Of a DNA stretch of 24,069 nucleotides, positions 23,855 through 24,069 are shown in pieces. The stretch covers positions 1 to 24,069 of IMG/VR virus record IMGVR_UViG_3300042261_000478; one strand, given 5' to 3'. Origin of the DNA: a virus. Taxonomy: Duplodnaviria > Caudoviricetes. Position 1 is the stretch's first letter. Every line of letters starts with the position of its first letter. A model generated the notes under the pieces. The model was not told where the DNA came from. It did no database searches and saw only the letters and a program-made list of their open reading frames with translations. Made by a program: the position numbers and the translations under genes.

Positions 23855-23969
23855 GGGTATTTTGAATAGTATACTAACTATATACTAATCACCAAATCTC
23901 TAAAGACAACCATTTGTGTTCATTACGTAACACTGTTGAAGAAATTGTTAAATTTGTAACTTATCTCAA

Positions 23970-24055
23970 AGGAAGATCAGGGATTCGAACCCTGGAACGC
24001 TATTAACGTTATTAGTTTTCAAGACTAACGCCATCAACCACTCGGCCAATCTTCC
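23970..24055 (-). tRNA. tRNA-Ser(UGA)
   Basis: Acceptor GGAAGAT/ATCTTCC, anticodon arm TTAGT-CTTGAAA-ACTAA, long variable arm, T arm CAGGG-TTCGAAT-CCCTG; no CCA. Confidence 0.95.
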
Positions 24056-24069
24056 AATAAAAGTCCTCA

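Noticed and set aside
23860-23910. Promoter for the micro-protein operon (TTGTCT-16-TAGTAT)
   Set aside because: Suboptimal spacing and several competing -10-like hexamers; cannot be placed reliably.

Overview
Nearly all features lie on the minus strand. Gene content (two hli, petF, peroxiredoxin, ndhP, a cyanobacterial SLH porin, CCA-less tRNAs, dense small ORFs, consensus sigma70-type promoters and an NATAAATA late-promoter match) points to a large T4-like cyanophage genome. This is inferred, as no virion or replication gene is in the window. In transcription order (right to left): tRNA-Ser; an 8-ORF small-protein operon with NdhP and an NdhQ-like peptide, both missed by the ORF track; a tRNA operon (Pro-UGG, Phd/YefM-like ORF, Ile-UAU, a 50-nt kink-turn hairpin, tRNA-CAU); two hypothetical ORFs; an extended wcaG-like structured RNA array with a membrane ORF embedded in it; an ~18-kb, 23-gene, translationally coupled glycan-biosynthesis operon (GDP-mannose 3,5-epimerase, many glycosyltransferases, split transketolase, tandem nucleotidyltransferase, class II aldolase, HAD, PLC-like enzyme, NadE, UDP-glucose dehydrogenase); a Som-type porin; and a photoprotection/redox operon (hli, 28-aa peptide, petF, hypothetical, hli, peroxiredoxin). 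The best leads are the NdhP/NdhQ-like module, a possible ketose-nucleotide activation pathway, the extended wcaG-like RNA and the inter-tRNA K-turn RNA. All family assignments come from motif recognition by eye; no searches were run.
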